Of a stretch of 64,000 nt of DNA, positions 28,125 to 38,488 are shown in pieces. The position numbers and the translations under genes were made by a program. Numbering within the stretch: the stretch's first letter is position 1; each line of letters starts with the position of its first letter. This stretch comes from Candidatus Parcubacteria bacterium. Lineage in GTDB: Bacteria > Patescibacteriota > Minisyncoccia > UBA6257 > 2-01-FULL-56-20. The stretch spans positions 66,945 through 130,944 of the forward strand of contig DAHVRZ010000001.1 of the NCBI GenBank assembly GCA_027324805.1. The letters run 5' to 3'. The notes below the pieces were generated by a model. That model was not told the DNA's origin. It worked only from the letters and a program-made list of their open reading frames with translations, and ran no database searches.

Positions 28125-28826
28125 TTGGGAAAATTTAAAAAAGAGTATATGCCATTAGGAGTGGCTGTTTTTTTGATTTTTGGCGTACTTCTCTATAATG
28201 TCCTCTTTATAAGCAAGAACGGCACTTCCGGGACGACCGGGTTTGGCGATTTTTCTTTTATTCCCAACGCATACAGTGCCCAATCCATCGAGCCTATCAA
28301 TGATCTTGCTGGTAACCAGTCTCCGCAAACAGTCCCCTCCCTTGTTTCTCCGGGGTATGACGGTGGGGGTGTCAACTATATAGCACAAGAAGAAGGCGCC
28401 GCTTTCAATAGTGCCGATGGTGCGGTAAAGGATCCCGGCGGTGTATTCGTGAATTCCACAAGCCAGTCCGGCGTTATCAACTATACCGTTCAGGCAAGCG
28501 ACACAATACCTTCTATTGCTCAATATTTTGGAGTTACAGTGGATACTATAACCAACGCCAATCCGAAGATCCATTCCGGCGCCGTCACTGTTGGCGAGGT
28601 CTTGAAAATACTTCCTGTTTCCGGGGTTCTCTACACCACACAGACAGGTGATACTCTCGGGTCTATTGCATCATCATTCGGCGTTCCGGTAGATCAGATC
28701 GTCCAAGCTAATCCCGCGGCGAATCTTGAATCGGTTTCCCAGATTTCTTTTCTCCAATCAGGCATTTCGCTGGTAATACCCGGCGGTAAGGGAAATATTA
28801 TCACGACCCTTTCACTCGGTAAGTGA
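28125..28826 (+). CDS. secreted protein with two LysM peptidoglycan-binding domains
   Basis: N-terminal TM segment. YTVQASDTIPSIAQYFGVTVDTITNANP and YTTQTGDTLGSIASSFGVPVDQIVQANP are LysM motifs. Confidence 0.8.
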   Translation: MGKFKKEYMPLGVAVFLIFGVLLYNVLFISKNGTSGTTGFGDFSFIPNAYSAQSIEPINDLAGNQSPQTVPSLVSPGYDGGGVNYIAQEEGAAFNSADGAVKDPGGVFVNSTSQSGVINYTVQASDTIPSIAQYFGVTVDTITNANPKIHSGAVTVGEVLKILPVSGVLYTTQTGDTLGSIASSFGVPVDQIVQANPAANLESVSQISFLQSGISLVIPGGKGNIITTLSLGK

Positions 28827-30345
28827 ACGCTTCGGCAAGGTGTTCTGCGGATATGATATCCGCGCTTTCAAGGTCCGCGATTGTGCGGGCCATTTTTAAA
28901 ATGCGATGATAGGTGCGCGGCGAAAGTGACCCTTTTACCATGACGCCCAAAAACGACTCGGCCTTTTTATCGAGCCTTACGAATTTGCGTATCTCCCGAG
29001 TGTTCATTTCAGCGTTCGTCTTTGTGGGCGTTTTATTTTCGGAAAAACGTTTATATTGGATCTGTTTTGCTGCTTTTATTTTTGCCCTCAGTCCGTCGCT
29101 TTGGGATCCACCCCCTTCCATTGTCCATTCACCCATTTCCACACGACCAACTTTTACTTGAATGTCGATACGATCAAGGAGTGGACCCGATATCCTCTTC
29201 TGATATCTCATTATTTCGTATGCGGAGCACGTGCATTCGCGCGAAGCATCTCCGTAATAACCGCAAGGACATGGATTCATTGCCGCAACAAGAGTAAATC
29301 TCGCAGGGAATAAAATATGACCTTTTACTCTAGACACTCGCGATTCTCCGGCTTCGATCGGCTGCCTCAGCATCTCGAGCGTGTTCCTTTGAAATTCCGG
29401 TAATTCGTCGAGAAATAATATGCCGCGATGCGCCAAACTTATTTCGCCAGGCCGCGGTTCCGATCCCCCACCTATAAGAGCCATTCCGGATATAGTGTGG
29501 TGCGGTGCTCGAAATGGAGGCAACTTGATCAAACCATTTTCAACAAGTCCCGCTACGCTCCAGATTTTTGTTACCTCGATTGCTTCTTCCAGGGAAAGCG
29601 GCGGGAGTATGCCTGCCATTGCTCGTGCCAACATACTCTTCCCTACTCCAGGCGGTCCGATAAGGAGCATATTATGTCCTGCTGCTGCTGCTATAGCGAG
29701 CGCTCGTTTCGCATTCTCTTGTCCATGTATTTCAGAAAGATCGACGATCTCCGCGCCCTCCTCCCCGCGGTCTGTATATATTTTCTCATCCACCGATTTT
29801 TTCTTTTCGAGAATCGCAATCATATCTCCCATTGTTTCGACCGGTATGCTGTGGATGTTTTTTATTACCGCAGCCTCGTTTGCATTTTGTGTCGGAAGAA
29901 ATATGAAGGAAAATCCTTCGTGTGCCGCCCGCTCCGCAATGCTCAACGCGCCATTCACCGGTCGCAGTCTCCCATCGAGAGCAAGTTCGCCAAGAAATAA
30001 TTTATCGCGTGTCGTAAATGGCGCGATCTGTTTTGTTGCGAGAAGGTAGCTTAATGCTATTCCCAGATCATAGTGCGATCCGGTTTTATGCATATCAGCG
30101 GGCGCAAGGTTTATTGTGATCTTCCTGTTTTCACGATTCGGTGGCTTTACCCCGGAGTTTTTAAGCGCAGAGTTCACTCGTTCCCTCGCTTCGTTTAACG
30201 ATCGGTCAGCCAGTCCCACAATATTGAATGCATGAAGACCGACATTCACATCGGCCTCTATCTCGATAATTTTTGCATCGACACCCTCCAGTTCCCCCGA
30301 GTACACCCTCGCGACTTTTTTCTCCATGAAAACATTGAAGCACAA
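28801..30345 (-). CDS. comM: YifB/ComM-family Mg-chelatase-like AAA+ ATPase (competence protein ComM)
   Basis: Lon-like N-domain, AAA+ Walker A LLIGPPGVGKSMLA, and a ChlI C-terminal region. Confidence 0.9.
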   Translation of the reverse strand: MCFNVFMEKKVARVYSGELEGVDAKIIEIEADVNVGLHAFNIVGLADRSLNEARERVNSALKNSGVKPPNRENRKITINLAPADMHKTGSHYDLGIALSYLLATKQIAPFTTRDKLFLGELALDGRLRPVNGALSIAERAAHEGFSFIFLPTQNANEAAVIKNIHSIPVETMGDMIAILEKKKSVDEKIYTDRGEEGAEIVDLSEIHGQENAKRALAIAAAAGHNMLLIGPPGVGKSMLARAMAGILPPLSLEEAIEVTKIWSVAGLVENGLIKLPPFRAPHHTISGMALIGGGSEPRPGEISLAHRGILFLDELPEFQRNTLEMLRQPIEAGESRVSRVKGHILFPARFTLVAAMNPCPCGYYGDASRECTCSAYEIMRYQKRISGPLLDRIDIQVKVGRVEMGEWTMEGGGSQSDGLRAKIKAAKQIQYKRFSENKTPTKTNAEMNTREIRKFVRLDKKAESFLGVMVKGSLSPRTYHRILKMARTIADLESADIISAEHLAEAFTYRVKGS

Positions 30346-30417
30346 TACCTATAAAGAAAATCTAAAAATCCCCCCAAGGGTCGTAGTTGCCTTGAGGGGA
30401 TTTTTATAGGTGAGGTG

Positions 30418-30744
30418 CTACACTCTACATGCTTTGCATAGGGGTGCTTCCGGACTTAAGGAAAGAATATCCTCTTCTATTTTTGCGCCGCACTTTTCAC
30501 AAAGGCCATAATTTCCATTTCGAATTTTGCTCAATGCGATGTCTATTTCATCAAGCCGCTTTTTCAAGTCTTTCGCGATTGCCATTTGATTTCCGATCTC
30601 TTCCGCTTCGTCGGTTTTTTCCTCAAATTCATCAACGTCGTCACCAAAATTTTGTGGCTTCTCTGACTGCTTTATTTCACTCATCAATCGCAATCGCTCC
30701 TGTTCAAGTTTGTTTTTATATTCAGCTAGTTTTGTTTGTTCCAT
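30418..30744 (-). CDS. DksA/TraR-family C4 zinc-finger protein
   Basis: Coiled-coil N-terminus. C-terminal CEKCGAKI...CKAC zinc finger. Confidence 0.8.
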   Translation of the reverse strand: MEQTKLAEYKNKLEQERLRLMSEIKQSEKPQNFGDDVDEFEEKTDEAEEIGNQMAIAKDLKKRLDEIDIALSKIRNGNYGLCEKCGAKIEEDILSLSPEAPLCKACRV

Positions 30745-30920
30745 ATTGAAAGAATACTTCTAAATTTATATATCAGTCAATGATTTTATTTAAAAAATTA
30801 ATCCGGCAATTTTAGGTATTCGGCAATTGCAGAATCATCTCCTTTGCCGCTTTATAATTTTAATTATATAACCCGATAATGCGATAAAACCTATGCAAAA
30901 CAAAAATGTTTTACAAATTT

Positions 30921-30979
30921 GTTTTACGCTAAACACAATAAAAATCATTTAAATCATGTTTTACGCTAAACACAATAAA
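30921..30979. repeat. two perfect 22-bp direct repeats (GTTTTACGCTAAACACAATAAA) plus an upstream partial copy
   Basis: Copies at 30921-30942 and 30958-30979, separated by 15 bp. TGTTTTACAAA at 30906. Located in the AT-rich divergent intergenic region between dksA-like and yraN. Confidence 0.85.
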
Positions 30980-30993
30980 TATTCAATTTATAT

Positions 30994-31362
30994 ATGGATA
31001 TCGGAGCTTTAGGTGAAAATATAGCTTTTCGATACCTTTTATCTGCTGGTTATAAGGTTATTGCGCGTAATTATCGCGAAGGTTTTGATGAAATTGATAT
31101 TATTGGCATCGATTCTTCTAATAAATTAATATTTTTTGAAGTTAAATCGCGCCTAATTAAAAATGAACATTTTATATTCTTTACTCCTGAAGATAATTTT
31201 TCATTTTCCAAAAGTAGACGGATCATACGAATTTGTCAGAAATTTGTCGCGAAACACCCATTTTTCATAAAAGATGATATTGGATGGCAGATTGATCTTA
31301 TCGCTATTTCTTTGAAGGGATCCTATTTCTATGATCTTAAACATTATAAAAATTGTGTTTAG
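30994..31362 (+). CDS. yraN: YraN-family (UPF0102) endonuclease
   Basis: GENIAFRYLLSAGYKVIARNYR...EIDIIG...FFEVKSR is the YraN signature. Confidence 0.85.
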   Translation: MDIGALGENIAFRYLLSAGYKVIARNYREGFDEIDIIGIDSSNKLIFFEVKSRLIKNEHFIFFTPEDNFSFSKSRRIIRICQKFVAKHPFFIKDDIGWQIDLIAISLKGSYFYDLKHYKNCV

Positions 31363-31427
31363 TATCTTCTGTGAGTTATTTTTCTTGACAAGTTTGGCAT
31401 TTAAGAAATATAATTATTTGCGTAATG

Positions 31428-31452
31428 GAGACCGCTTCAAGCGGTCTTTTTT
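31428..31452 (+). terminator. rho-independent terminator
   Basis: GAGACCGCTTCAAGCGGTCTTTTTT. Confidence 0.75.
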
Positions 31453-31490
31453 AAAGAAAATAAAAACTAAATAGAGTCGTACAAATAAAT

Positions 31491-32741
31491 ATGCTGAATA
31501 TTAAGGAACTTACAAAAGCACTCAAACAGGTTGCTGATGAAAAAGGACTGGAACCCGATCAGGTTTTGGAAGTGATCGAATCTTCGATCGCTGCAGCTTA
31601 CAAGCGCGAATATGCTGAGCGTGGTGATGTAGTAAAGTGCAAGCTTGATCAGAAAACAGGGGAGTTGCATTTCTGGCAAGTGAAGACTGTTGTTGATGAA
31701 ACAACAGTGCGTTTTGTCGAGGCGGATGAGGAGGGTGAAAATGGAATTGTGCATCGCGATGTCGGTACCGATGGAAGATCGGAGGGCGGCTTGGACGAGG
31801 AGCAAAAACTTCCACGTTTCAATCCCGAACGTCATATCGCTCTCGAAGATGCACGCAAGACGAATCCGGACGTCCAGCTTGGCGATGAGATTTCGTTTCC
31901 ACTCGAGACATATGAGGACTTCGGAAGGATCGCTGCCCAAACGGCAAAGCAAGTTATTCTTCAAAAGCTACGCGAATCAGAGAGAGATTCTATTTTAAAT
32001 GAATGGAGGGGAAAGGAAGGCCAGATTGCCAGCGGCGTGATTCAACGCTTTGAACGAGGAAATATTTTTGTAGATTTGGGCCGTACGATCGGCGTGATGT
32101 TTGCGAACGAATCCATTCCAGGTGAACACTATAGGGCAGGGGAACGTCTCCGTTTTCTTGTTCTTGCCGTACAGGAAGATACACGTTTGCCGGGCATTAT
32201 CCTTTCACGTTCCCACCCGCGTTTTGTTGTTGAGCTTTTTCGTATGGAAGTTCCGGAGCTTATGGAAGATAGCATCGAAGTCAAAGCAATTGCCCGCGAG
32301 CCGGGTAATCGAACAAAGATCGCTGCGGTTTCGAAGGCCGAAGGGGTCGACCCAGTGGGTGCATTGGTCGGTCAGCGTGGCACGCGTGTGATGGCGGTGA
32401 ACAATGAGCTTGGCAACGAAAAGATTGATATTATAGAGTGGTCGGATGAGCCGGAGCAGTTCATTGCGAATGCACTTTCGCCTGCGAAGGTCGAAAGTGT
32501 TGAGATCCTTCCGCGACGCGAAGCGCGCGCCTTCGTTCCGGAGAATCAACTTAGTCTTGCGATCGGTAAGGGCGGTCAGAATGTGAGACTTGCCGCAAAG
32601 CTTACGGGATGGAAAATCGATGTGCGTTCCCAGGCGAATCCTGAAGAAGTTCAGGAAGGGGGAATTGCCGGAACAATGGAAGTGTCCGATCAGGTTCCTG
32701 TTCAGGAAGGCGATGATGATCGCGAGGACATCATCAATTAA
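31491..32741 (+). CDS. nusA: transcription termination/antitermination factor NusA
   Basis: NusA N-domain, S1 and KH domains, with an acidic insertion. N-terminal MLNIKELTKALKQVADEKGL. Confidence 0.9.
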   Translation: MLNIKELTKALKQVADEKGLEPDQVLEVIESSIAAAYKREYAERGDVVKCKLDQKTGELHFWQVKTVVDETTVRFVEADEEGENGIVHRDVGTDGRSEGGLDEEQKLPRFNPERHIALEDARKTNPDVQLGDEISFPLETYEDFGRIAAQTAKQVILQKLRESERDSILNEWRGKEGQIASGVIQRFERGNIFVDLGRTIGVMFANESIPGEHYRAGERLRFLVLAVQEDTRLPGIILSRSHPRFVVELFRMEVPELMEDSIEVKAIAREPGNRTKIAAVSKAEGVDPVGALVGQRGTRVMAVNNELGNEKIDIIEWSDEPEQFIANALSPAKVESVEILPRREARAFVPENQLSLAIGKGGQNVRLAAKLTGWKIDVRSQANPEEVQEGGIAGTMEVSDQVPVQEGDDDREDIIN

Positions 32742-32774
32742 AGGGACGAGTATTCTAAAAATAATTTTAAAACC

Positions 32775-34763
32775 ATGTCGCCAATATTGTTTTCGTTGGT
32801 CTCCAGTGTGGCTGCCATCGTGTGCGCCGGAGGGTTTATAGTGAAGATATCAAAAGCGCCTTCGGGCGATGATAAAATGAAAGAGATTGCGCATGCGATT
32901 CAGGTTGGTGCGAAAGCATATTTGAATCGCCAATATCGTACCGTTGCCGGAGTGGCGGTTGTTATCGCGCTTATCATTGGATTCGCTCTTGGATGGATGA
33001 CAACGCTCGGGTTTATTATTGGAGCATTTGCTTCGGCACTTGCGGGGTACATCGGCATGAACGTGTCGGTGCGCGCTAACGTCAAGACGGCGGAGGCGGC
33101 GAAGAAAGGCCTTGCGCCCGCACTTAGCATTGCCTTTGAGGGTGGTTCGGTGACAGGGCTTCTCGTGGTCGGTCTCGCACTCCTTGCGGTTGCTGGATTC
33201 TATGGGGCTACACACGACATCGGTGCTCTTATTGGTCTCGGCTTCGGTGCGAGCCTTATCTCGGTCTTTGCGCGGCTCGGCGGTGGTATCTTTACGAAAG
33301 GTGCCGACGTTGGTGCGGACCTTGTCGGTAAGGTGGAGGCGGGTATTCCGGAAGATGACCCGCGCAACCCTGCGGTTATTGCGGACAATGTCGGCGATAA
33401 CGTTGGCGACTGTGCCGGTATGGCCGCGGACCTCTTTGAGACTTATGCGGTGACGGCGATTGCGGCGATCATTCTTGCCAATCTCGTTTTTCCCGGTGTT
33501 GCGGCGATGCTCAGTCTTCCGTTGATGATCGGCAGTATCTCGATTATCGCATCCATTATTGGTGTTTTCTTTGTGCGTCTCGGCAAGAACGGTTCGATTA
33601 TGGGTGCCCTCTATAAGGGATTGGCTGCTTCAAGTATTCTCTCTTTGATCGGCTTTTGGTTTCTCTCGCAGGATTATGCGAGTTTTACCCTTAGCGCATC
33701 CCAGCTTTTCTGGCCGATGTTTATTGGCATTGTGGTGACGGCACTCATTGTGCTCATTACTGAGTACTATACTTCGAAGAGTTTCCGCCCGGTTCGTTCG
33801 ATTGCGCAGGCATCAACAACGGGTCATGGTACGAATATCATTACCGGCCTTTCGGTCGGTATGGAATCGACGGCGCTTCCGATCATCGTGATTGTGGCGG
33901 GCATTTTCGCCGCTTATGCGATCGCCGGTATTTATGGTGTTGCGCTCGCAACAATGAGCATGCTTTCGATGGCGGGTATCATTATTGCGATCGATGCATT
34001 CGGTCCCATTACGGACAATGCGGGCGGCATCGCAGAGATGGCGGGTCTTTCCGATGAGGTCCGTAAAATAACCGACGCACTTGATGCTGTGGGCAATACG
34101 ACGAAGGCGGTGACGAAGGGTTATGCAATCGGTTCCGCGGGACTTGCGGCGGTCGTGCTTTTCTCCGCATACGTCCAGGCGTTGCAGAATCATCTTGGCG
34201 GTTTTGTAATCCACTTCGATCTTAGCGATCCGAGAGTAATCATTGGTCTTCTTATTGGCGGCATGATCCCGTATCTCTTCGCTTCGATCTCTATGCGTGC
34301 GGTCGGTAAGGCTGCGGGTAGCGTAGTGGAGGAAGTCCGTCGGCAGTTTCGAGAGATCCCCGGCATCATGGAAGGAACAGCAAAGCCTGATTATGCGAAA
34401 AGCGTCGATCTTGTCACTTCGGCCGCAATCAAAGAGATGATTGTGCCGGCACTTCTGCCGGTACTCCTGCCAATCGCTGTGGCGTTCCTGCTTGGGCCGA
34501 TCGCTCTCGGCGGCTTACTCGTCGGTTCCATTGTGACAGGCATCTTTGTTGCAATCTCAATGACCTCCGGTGGTGCGGCGTGGGACAACGCAAAGAAATA
34601 TGTGGAAGAAGGGAATTATGGCGGAAAAGGTTCCGAGGCACATAAAGCGGCGGTGACAGGCGATACGGTCGGCGATCCCTATAAGGACACGGCTGGTCCG
34701 GCAATCAATCCGGTCATCAAGATCATTAATATCATCGCGCTACTCCTTGTTCCTTTCTTGTAG
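32775..34763 (+). CDS. hppA: membrane-bound proton/sodium-translocating pyrophosphatase
   Basis: ~16 TM helices. [20 protein letters not shown] and [21 protein letters not shown] motifs. Confidence 0.92.
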   Translation: MSPILFSLVSSVAAIVCAGGFIVKISKAPSGDDKMKEIAHAIQVGAKAYLNRQYRTVAGVAVVIALIIGFALGWMTTLGFIIGAFASALAGYIGMNVSVRANVKTAEAAKKGLAPALSIAFEGGSVTGLLVVGLALLAVAGFYGATHDIGALIGLGFGASLISVFARLGGGIFTKGADVGADLVGKVEAGIPEDDPRNPAVIADNVGDNVGDCAGMAADLFETYAVTAIAAIILANLVFPGVAAMLSLPLMIGSISIIASIIGVFFVRLGKNGSIMGALYKGLAASSILSLIGFWFLSQDYASFTLSASQLFWPMFIGIVVTALIVLITEYYTSKSFRPVRSIAQASTTGHGTNIITGLSVGMESTALPIIVIVAGIFAAYAIAGIYGVALATMSMLSMAGIIIAIDAFGPITDNAGGIAEMAGLSDEVRKITDALDAVGNTTKAVTKGYAIGSAGLAAVVLFSAYVQALQNHLGGFVIHFDLSDPRVIIGLLIGGMIPYLFASISMRAVGKAAGSVVEEVRRQFREIPGIMEGTAKPDYAKSVDLVTSAAIKEMIVPALLPVLLPIAVAFLLGPIALGGLLVGSIVTGIFVAISMTSGGAAWDNAKKYVEEGNYGGKGSEAHKAAVTGDTVGDPYKDTAGPAINPVIKIINIIALLLVPFL

Positions 34764-34877
34764 CATTTATTAGGGGGATAATATTCCGTATTGATCGCAC
34801 ATGATATACGGGCCTCGGTATACAACACATAAAACCCCGCTATTACCGTCGGGCGGGGAATAGGGTAATATAAAGAT

Positions 34878-35477
34878 ATGGACTACGAAAACCAGTATCT
34901 CATTCCGACAGTCATAGAAAAATCGCCGCACGGCGAACGTGCCTACGACATCTACTCTCGTTTGCTCAAGGAGCGGATCGTCTTTCTTGGCGGCCCGGTG
35001 ACGGATGCCGTGGCAAACACCGTGATTGCGCAACTTCTTTTTCTTCAGCATGAGGATTCGAAAAAGGATATCAATCTCTACATAAACAGCCCTGGCGGTT
35101 CGGTGACGGCCGGCATGGCCATCTATGACACGATGCAGTTTGTGAAGCCCGATGTCGTGACCACGTGTGTGGGTATCGCCGCTTCAATGGGTGCGTTTCT
35201 GCTTGCCGCGGGCAAGAAGGGAAAGAGATTTGCCCTGCCAAATTCCGAGATTCTCCTCCACCAGGTTGCCGTTGATTCCATCGGCGGGCAAGCGACGGAG
35301 ATCGAGATTTCGGCGCGGCAAATCTTGAAGACCAAACAGCGTCTCAATCAGATACTTGCAAAGAGCACCGGCCAGAAGCTCGAAAAGATCGAGAAGGATA
35401 CCGAGCGTGACTTTTGGCTTTCCGCCGATGAGGCGAAGGCGTATGGCGTGATCGACGAGATCATCAGGAAGGCATAG
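34878..35477 (+). CDS. clpP: ATP-dependent Clp protease proteolytic subunit
   Basis: Catalytic-triad context [14 protein letters not shown] and HQV. Length 199 aa. Confidence 0.93.
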   Translation: MDYENQYLIPTVIEKSPHGERAYDIYSRLLKERIVFLGGPVTDAVANTVIAQLLFLQHEDSKKDINLYINSPGGSVTAGMAIYDTMQFVKPDVVTTCVGIAASMGAFLLAAGKKGKRFALPNSEILLHQVAVDSIGGQATEIEISARQILKTKQRLNQILAKSTGQKLEKIEKDTERDFWLSADEAKAYGVIDEIIRKA

Positions 35478-35507
35478 AGGGCCCAGAAAAGTTTTTAAGA
35501 AGTTATC

Positions 35508-35541
35508 CACAGGCCCTCTTTGAGGGCCTGTGGTGTTTTTG
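35508..35541 (+). terminator. rho-independent terminator after clpP
   Basis: CACAGGCCCTCTTTGAGGGCCTGTG followed by GTGTTTTTG. Confidence 0.75.
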
Positions 35542-35544
35542 TTA

Positions 35545-35736
35545 TACTGAAAGCAGTAAATTAAAACACCCTATACATATCAAAGTCGCTTTTGGCGGCA
35601 TTTTGGCAGCACATTTGCTGCACGTTTTCGGCGCAAGTCGCCACCGGTGCAGATGCACCATATTTCATCTTTTAGGGCAACCAGAAATGTTACTACGCTC
35701 GTCTTGGTACCATTTCCGGTTGCCCTATTTTTTTAC
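35545..35736 (+). ncRNA. structured small RNA candidate ending in a long terminator-like hairpin, identity unknown
   Basis: No credible ORF. Hairpins GCAGCACAUUUGCUGC and GGUGCAGAUGCACC. A 16-bp imperfect stem AGGGCAACCAGAAAUG...CAUUUCCGGUUGCCCU followed by AUUUUUUU. Confidence 0.25.
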
Positions 35737-35810
35737 TGGAGCGGGTAACGGGAGTCGGACCCGTGTCTTCACCTTGGAAGGGTGACATAATACCGTTATA
35801 CCATACCCGC
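35737..35810 (-). tRNA. tRNA-Gly (anticodon UCC), CCA encoded
   Basis: GCGGGTATGGTATAACGGTATTATGTCACCCTTCCAAGGTGAAGACACGGGTCCGACTCCCGTTACCCGCTCCA has an architecture parallel to E. coli glyT. T-loop reads UCCGACU (C at position 55). Confidence 0.85.
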
Positions 35811-35907
35811 AATTTACGAAAATACGAAAATACCAGATAAGTAAATACTAAAGATCATATAAAATCAACCTTGCTTTCCGCGCGCACTTCTGCTAAAACT
35901 ATTCATA

Positions 35908-36507
35908 TTGCCTATGGCTAAATTCTCGCGGAAGGTAACGATAGTAATCATATTCGTGGTATTGATCAGTGCGGGGTATGCATTTGCTGCTTATTGGCAG
36001 GGGAGGAATAAGGTACCTGCGGCGTTTACGACCGCCCGCAATCAAGGTGCCATCATTGCTCAAAATATCGTGAGCACCTCTAATGGCTCGACCGCCACCC
36101 TTGAGAAGATTGATCAGTATGACCAGGAAGGGGATTATGCCGACGCGCTCAAGCTTACCCAGAGCCTCGTCAGTCAAAGTCAGACATTGCGCAACCAGGC
36201 GATCGATCTTTCGAACCAGATCGAGGCGATGACCGAATCGCTCTCCGGTGTTAAGGATTTTACCGCACAGCAGGATGCGCTCGAGGCGATCTCGAGTCAT
36301 CTCGCTCTCATCAATCAACTCGTAAATTACAGCGGCGATCTTGGGAAGCTTCTTGATACACTCCAGGCCCGTTTCAGCGGTCAGCCAGGGACTGCTACTG
36401 AGGTGACAAACGAGGTGACCCAGATCAATACCGATATCAACGCCATCAATAACTTCAACAAGCAGGCCCAGCAAGCGATGACGGCGTTCGATAAGACCCA
36501 AAACTGA
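35908..36507 (+). CDS. membrane-anchored coiled-coil hypothetical protein
   Basis: N-terminal TM segment IVIIFVVLISAGYAFAAYW. The remainder is Gln/Asn-rich and helical. Confidence 0.55.
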   Translation: MPMAKFSRKVTIVIIFVVLISAGYAFAAYWQGRNKVPAAFTTARNQGAIIAQNIVSTSNGSTATLEKIDQYDQEGDYADALKLTQSLVSQSQTLRNQAIDLSNQIEAMTESLSGVKDFTAQQDALEAISSHLALINQLVNYSGDLGKLLDTLQARFSGQPGTATEVTNEVTQINTDINAINNFNKQAQQAMTAFDKTQN

Positions 36508-36557
36508 TAAGGATTTACTTCGTCATTTTAATCGCTTATCCTAAGTCAGGAGTTTAA

Positions 36558-36629
36558 GCGCCTGTAGCTCAGTGGTAGAGCGACCGTCTTATACACGGTT
36601 GGTCGTAGGTTCGAATCCTACCGGGCGCA
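36558..36629 (+). tRNA. tRNA-Ile with unmodifiable UAU anticodon (ileX-like body)
   Basis: GCGCCTGTAGCTCAGTGGTAGAGCG ACCGT CTTATAC ACGGT TGGTC GTAGGTTCGAATCCTAC CGGGCGC A. The anticodon stem is 5 bp with loop CUUAUAC, so the anticodon is UAU. The body resembles E. coli tRNA-Ile2. Confidence 0.8.
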
Positions 36630-36630
36630 C

Positions 36631-36660
36631 AAAAATCCCCGCGAAAGCGGGGATTTTCTT
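36631..36660 (+). terminator. rho-independent terminator
   Basis: AAAAATCCCCGCGAAAGCGGGGATTTTCTT. Confidence 0.75.
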
Positions 36661-38488
36661 ATGCTGGAATCGGTTTTATTTTGAAGGGTCTGAGCAGTGC
36701 ATTGAAATCATCTTGCTCGAGCGTCTCCTTTTCCATCAGGGTGTCGGCTATCTTCTTAAGAGCGCCTTTGTGTGTCTTGAGGATCTTTTCGGCAATGTCG
36801 TAAGCATGCATCAAGAAGCGTTTTACCTGCTCGTCAATTTCCGAAGCAACCTTCTCGGAATAATTCTTTTCCGTAGTGATCTCGCGCCCAAGGAATACCA
36901 TTTCTTCTGATTTGCCGAAGGTCATGGGACCAAGCTCACTCATACCGTATTTCGTTACGAGTCTGCGAGCGAGGTCGGACGCCTCTTTCAGATCGTTCGA
37001 AGCTCCCGTCGATATATCGCCGAAAATGAGCTTTTCCGAAGCGTAGCCGCCCATCATCATTGCGAGGTCGGCGAGGAATTGCTGTCGGGTTTTAAGATGT
37101 TGATCTTCGTTCGGGAGTTTCATGGTGTACCCGCCCGCAAAGCCGCGACTAATTATTGAGACTTTCTGCACGGGATCGGCATCCTTCACTGATGCGGCAA
37201 CGAGCGCATGGCCACCTTCATGATATGCGGTGATTTCCTTTTCTTTCTGAGATATGACCCGCGAACGGCGCTCCGGACCCATAATCACCTTTTCGGCCGC
37301 TTCAAGCAAGTCTGCTTGGTTGATGACCTTCTGGCCATGGCGCGCGGCGGCGATAGCAGCCTCGTTCATGAGGTTCGCAAGGTCGGCACCGGAGAAGCCC
37401 GGCGTGCGCTGTGCTACGCGGCGAAAATCAACATCCTTGGCGACCGTTTTTCCTTCTGCGTGGATTTTAAGGATCGCTTCACGGTCGTTCATGTCGGGAA
37501 GATCGAGGATGATACGGCGATCAAAGCGGCCTGGGCGAAGAAGCGCCGGATCGAGCACGTCGGGGCGGTTGGTCGCCGCAAGAACAATGACGCGCGTGTC
37601 GCGGTCAAAACCGTCCATTTCAACGAGTATCTGGTTGAGTGTTTGCTCGCGCTCATCATTGCCGCCGCCCATGCCGGCGCCACGCTGGCGGCCTACGGCA
37701 TCTATTTCGTCTATAAAGAGAATTGCCGGTGCCGCTCGTTTGGCGGTCATGAAAGCATCGCGGGTACGTGAGGCTCCTACGCCGACGAACATCTCCACGA
37801 ATTCCGATGCTGAAATAAAGAAGAAGGGGACATTACTTTCGCCGGCGATGGCGCGGGCGACGAGCGTTTTGCCTGTGCCCGGAGGACCCATAAGGAGGAT
37901 ACCGCGGGGGATCCTCGCTCCGAGATCAAGGAACTTTTTGGGATTTTTTAAGAAATCAACAATTTCAATAAGCTCTTCCTTTGCCTCTTTGAGGCCAGCG
38001 ACATCTTTGAACATTACGCGGTCCTTGAACGAGGAAAGTTTGAGATTGGATCGGCCGAAGTTGAATGCCTGATTCACTCCCGAGCGCGCCTGACGGAACA
38101 TGAGCCAGAAAAGGACGCCCACGAGGAGCAACTCGAGGAGGGGTGGAAGTAAAAGACCGGCCCAGTATCCCCAGCCACTCTGATTCACAACCTCAAGATC
38201 GACGCTCTGCAGGGCCTGATCGGTCACGCCGAGATTTTTCAGCGTTTCGGTGATCCCTGTCGTATCTTCTTTTTGCGATATCGCCGCGCTGCCGTCGGTC
38301 ATCGTAATGTCGAGTTCGTTGCCATTCACTTTTATTTGTTTTACCTGGCTTGCATTCACATCCGTTGCGAGCTGGGTAAGGCTAAGCGACTTCGGTGATG
38401 GTGCGGGGGCGAAGAACAATGAGAAAACGAGCGAGATCGCGACGAGTACGACGATTGCCCATATGATGTTTTTGGTAAGGTTTGACAT
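36659..38488 (-). CDS. ftsH: ATP-dependent zinc metalloprotease FtsH
   Basis: Two N-terminal TM segments. AAA Walker [21 protein letters not shown] region. Zn motif HEGGHA. Confidence 0.95.
   Translation of the reverse strand: MSNLTKNIIWAIVVLVAISLVFSLFFAPAPSPKSLSLTQLATDVNASQVKQIKVNGNELDITMTDGSAAISQKEDTTGITETLKNLGVTDQALQSVDLEVVNQSGWGYWAGLLLPPLLELLLVGVLFWLMFRQARSGVNQAFNFGRSNLKLSSFKDRVMFKDVAGLKEAKEELIEIVDFLKNPKKFLDLGARIPRGILLMGPPGTGKTLVARAIAGESNVPFFFISASEFVEMFVGVGASRTRDAFMTAKRAAPAILFIDEIDAVGRQRGAGMGGGNDEREQTLNQILVEMDGFDRDTRVIVLAATNRPDVLDPALLRPGRFDRRIILDLPDMNDREAILKIHAEGKTVAKDVDFRRVAQRTPGFSGADLANLMNEAAIAAARHGQKVINQADLLEAAEKVIMGPERRSRVISQKEKEITAYHEGGHALVAASVKDADPVQKVSIISRGFAGGYTMKLPNEDQHLKTRQQFLADLAMMMGGYASEKLIFGDISTGASNDLKEASDLARRLVTKYGMSELGPMTFGKSEEMVFLGREITTEKNYSEKVASEIDEQVKRFLMHAYDIAEKILKTHKGALKKIADTLMEKETLEQDDFNALLRPFKIKPIPA

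Noticed and set aside
30921-30979. Possible CRISPR array
   Set aside because: Only two full repeats with a 15-bp spacer and no cas genes. Annotated as regulatory tandem repeats instead.
35603-35785. 60-aa plus-strand ORF
   Set aside because: Overlaps tRNA-Gly and the structured region. No coding signal.
37208-38072. Plus-strand ORFs inside ftsH
   Set aside because: Antisense to a highly conserved FtsH coding sequence.
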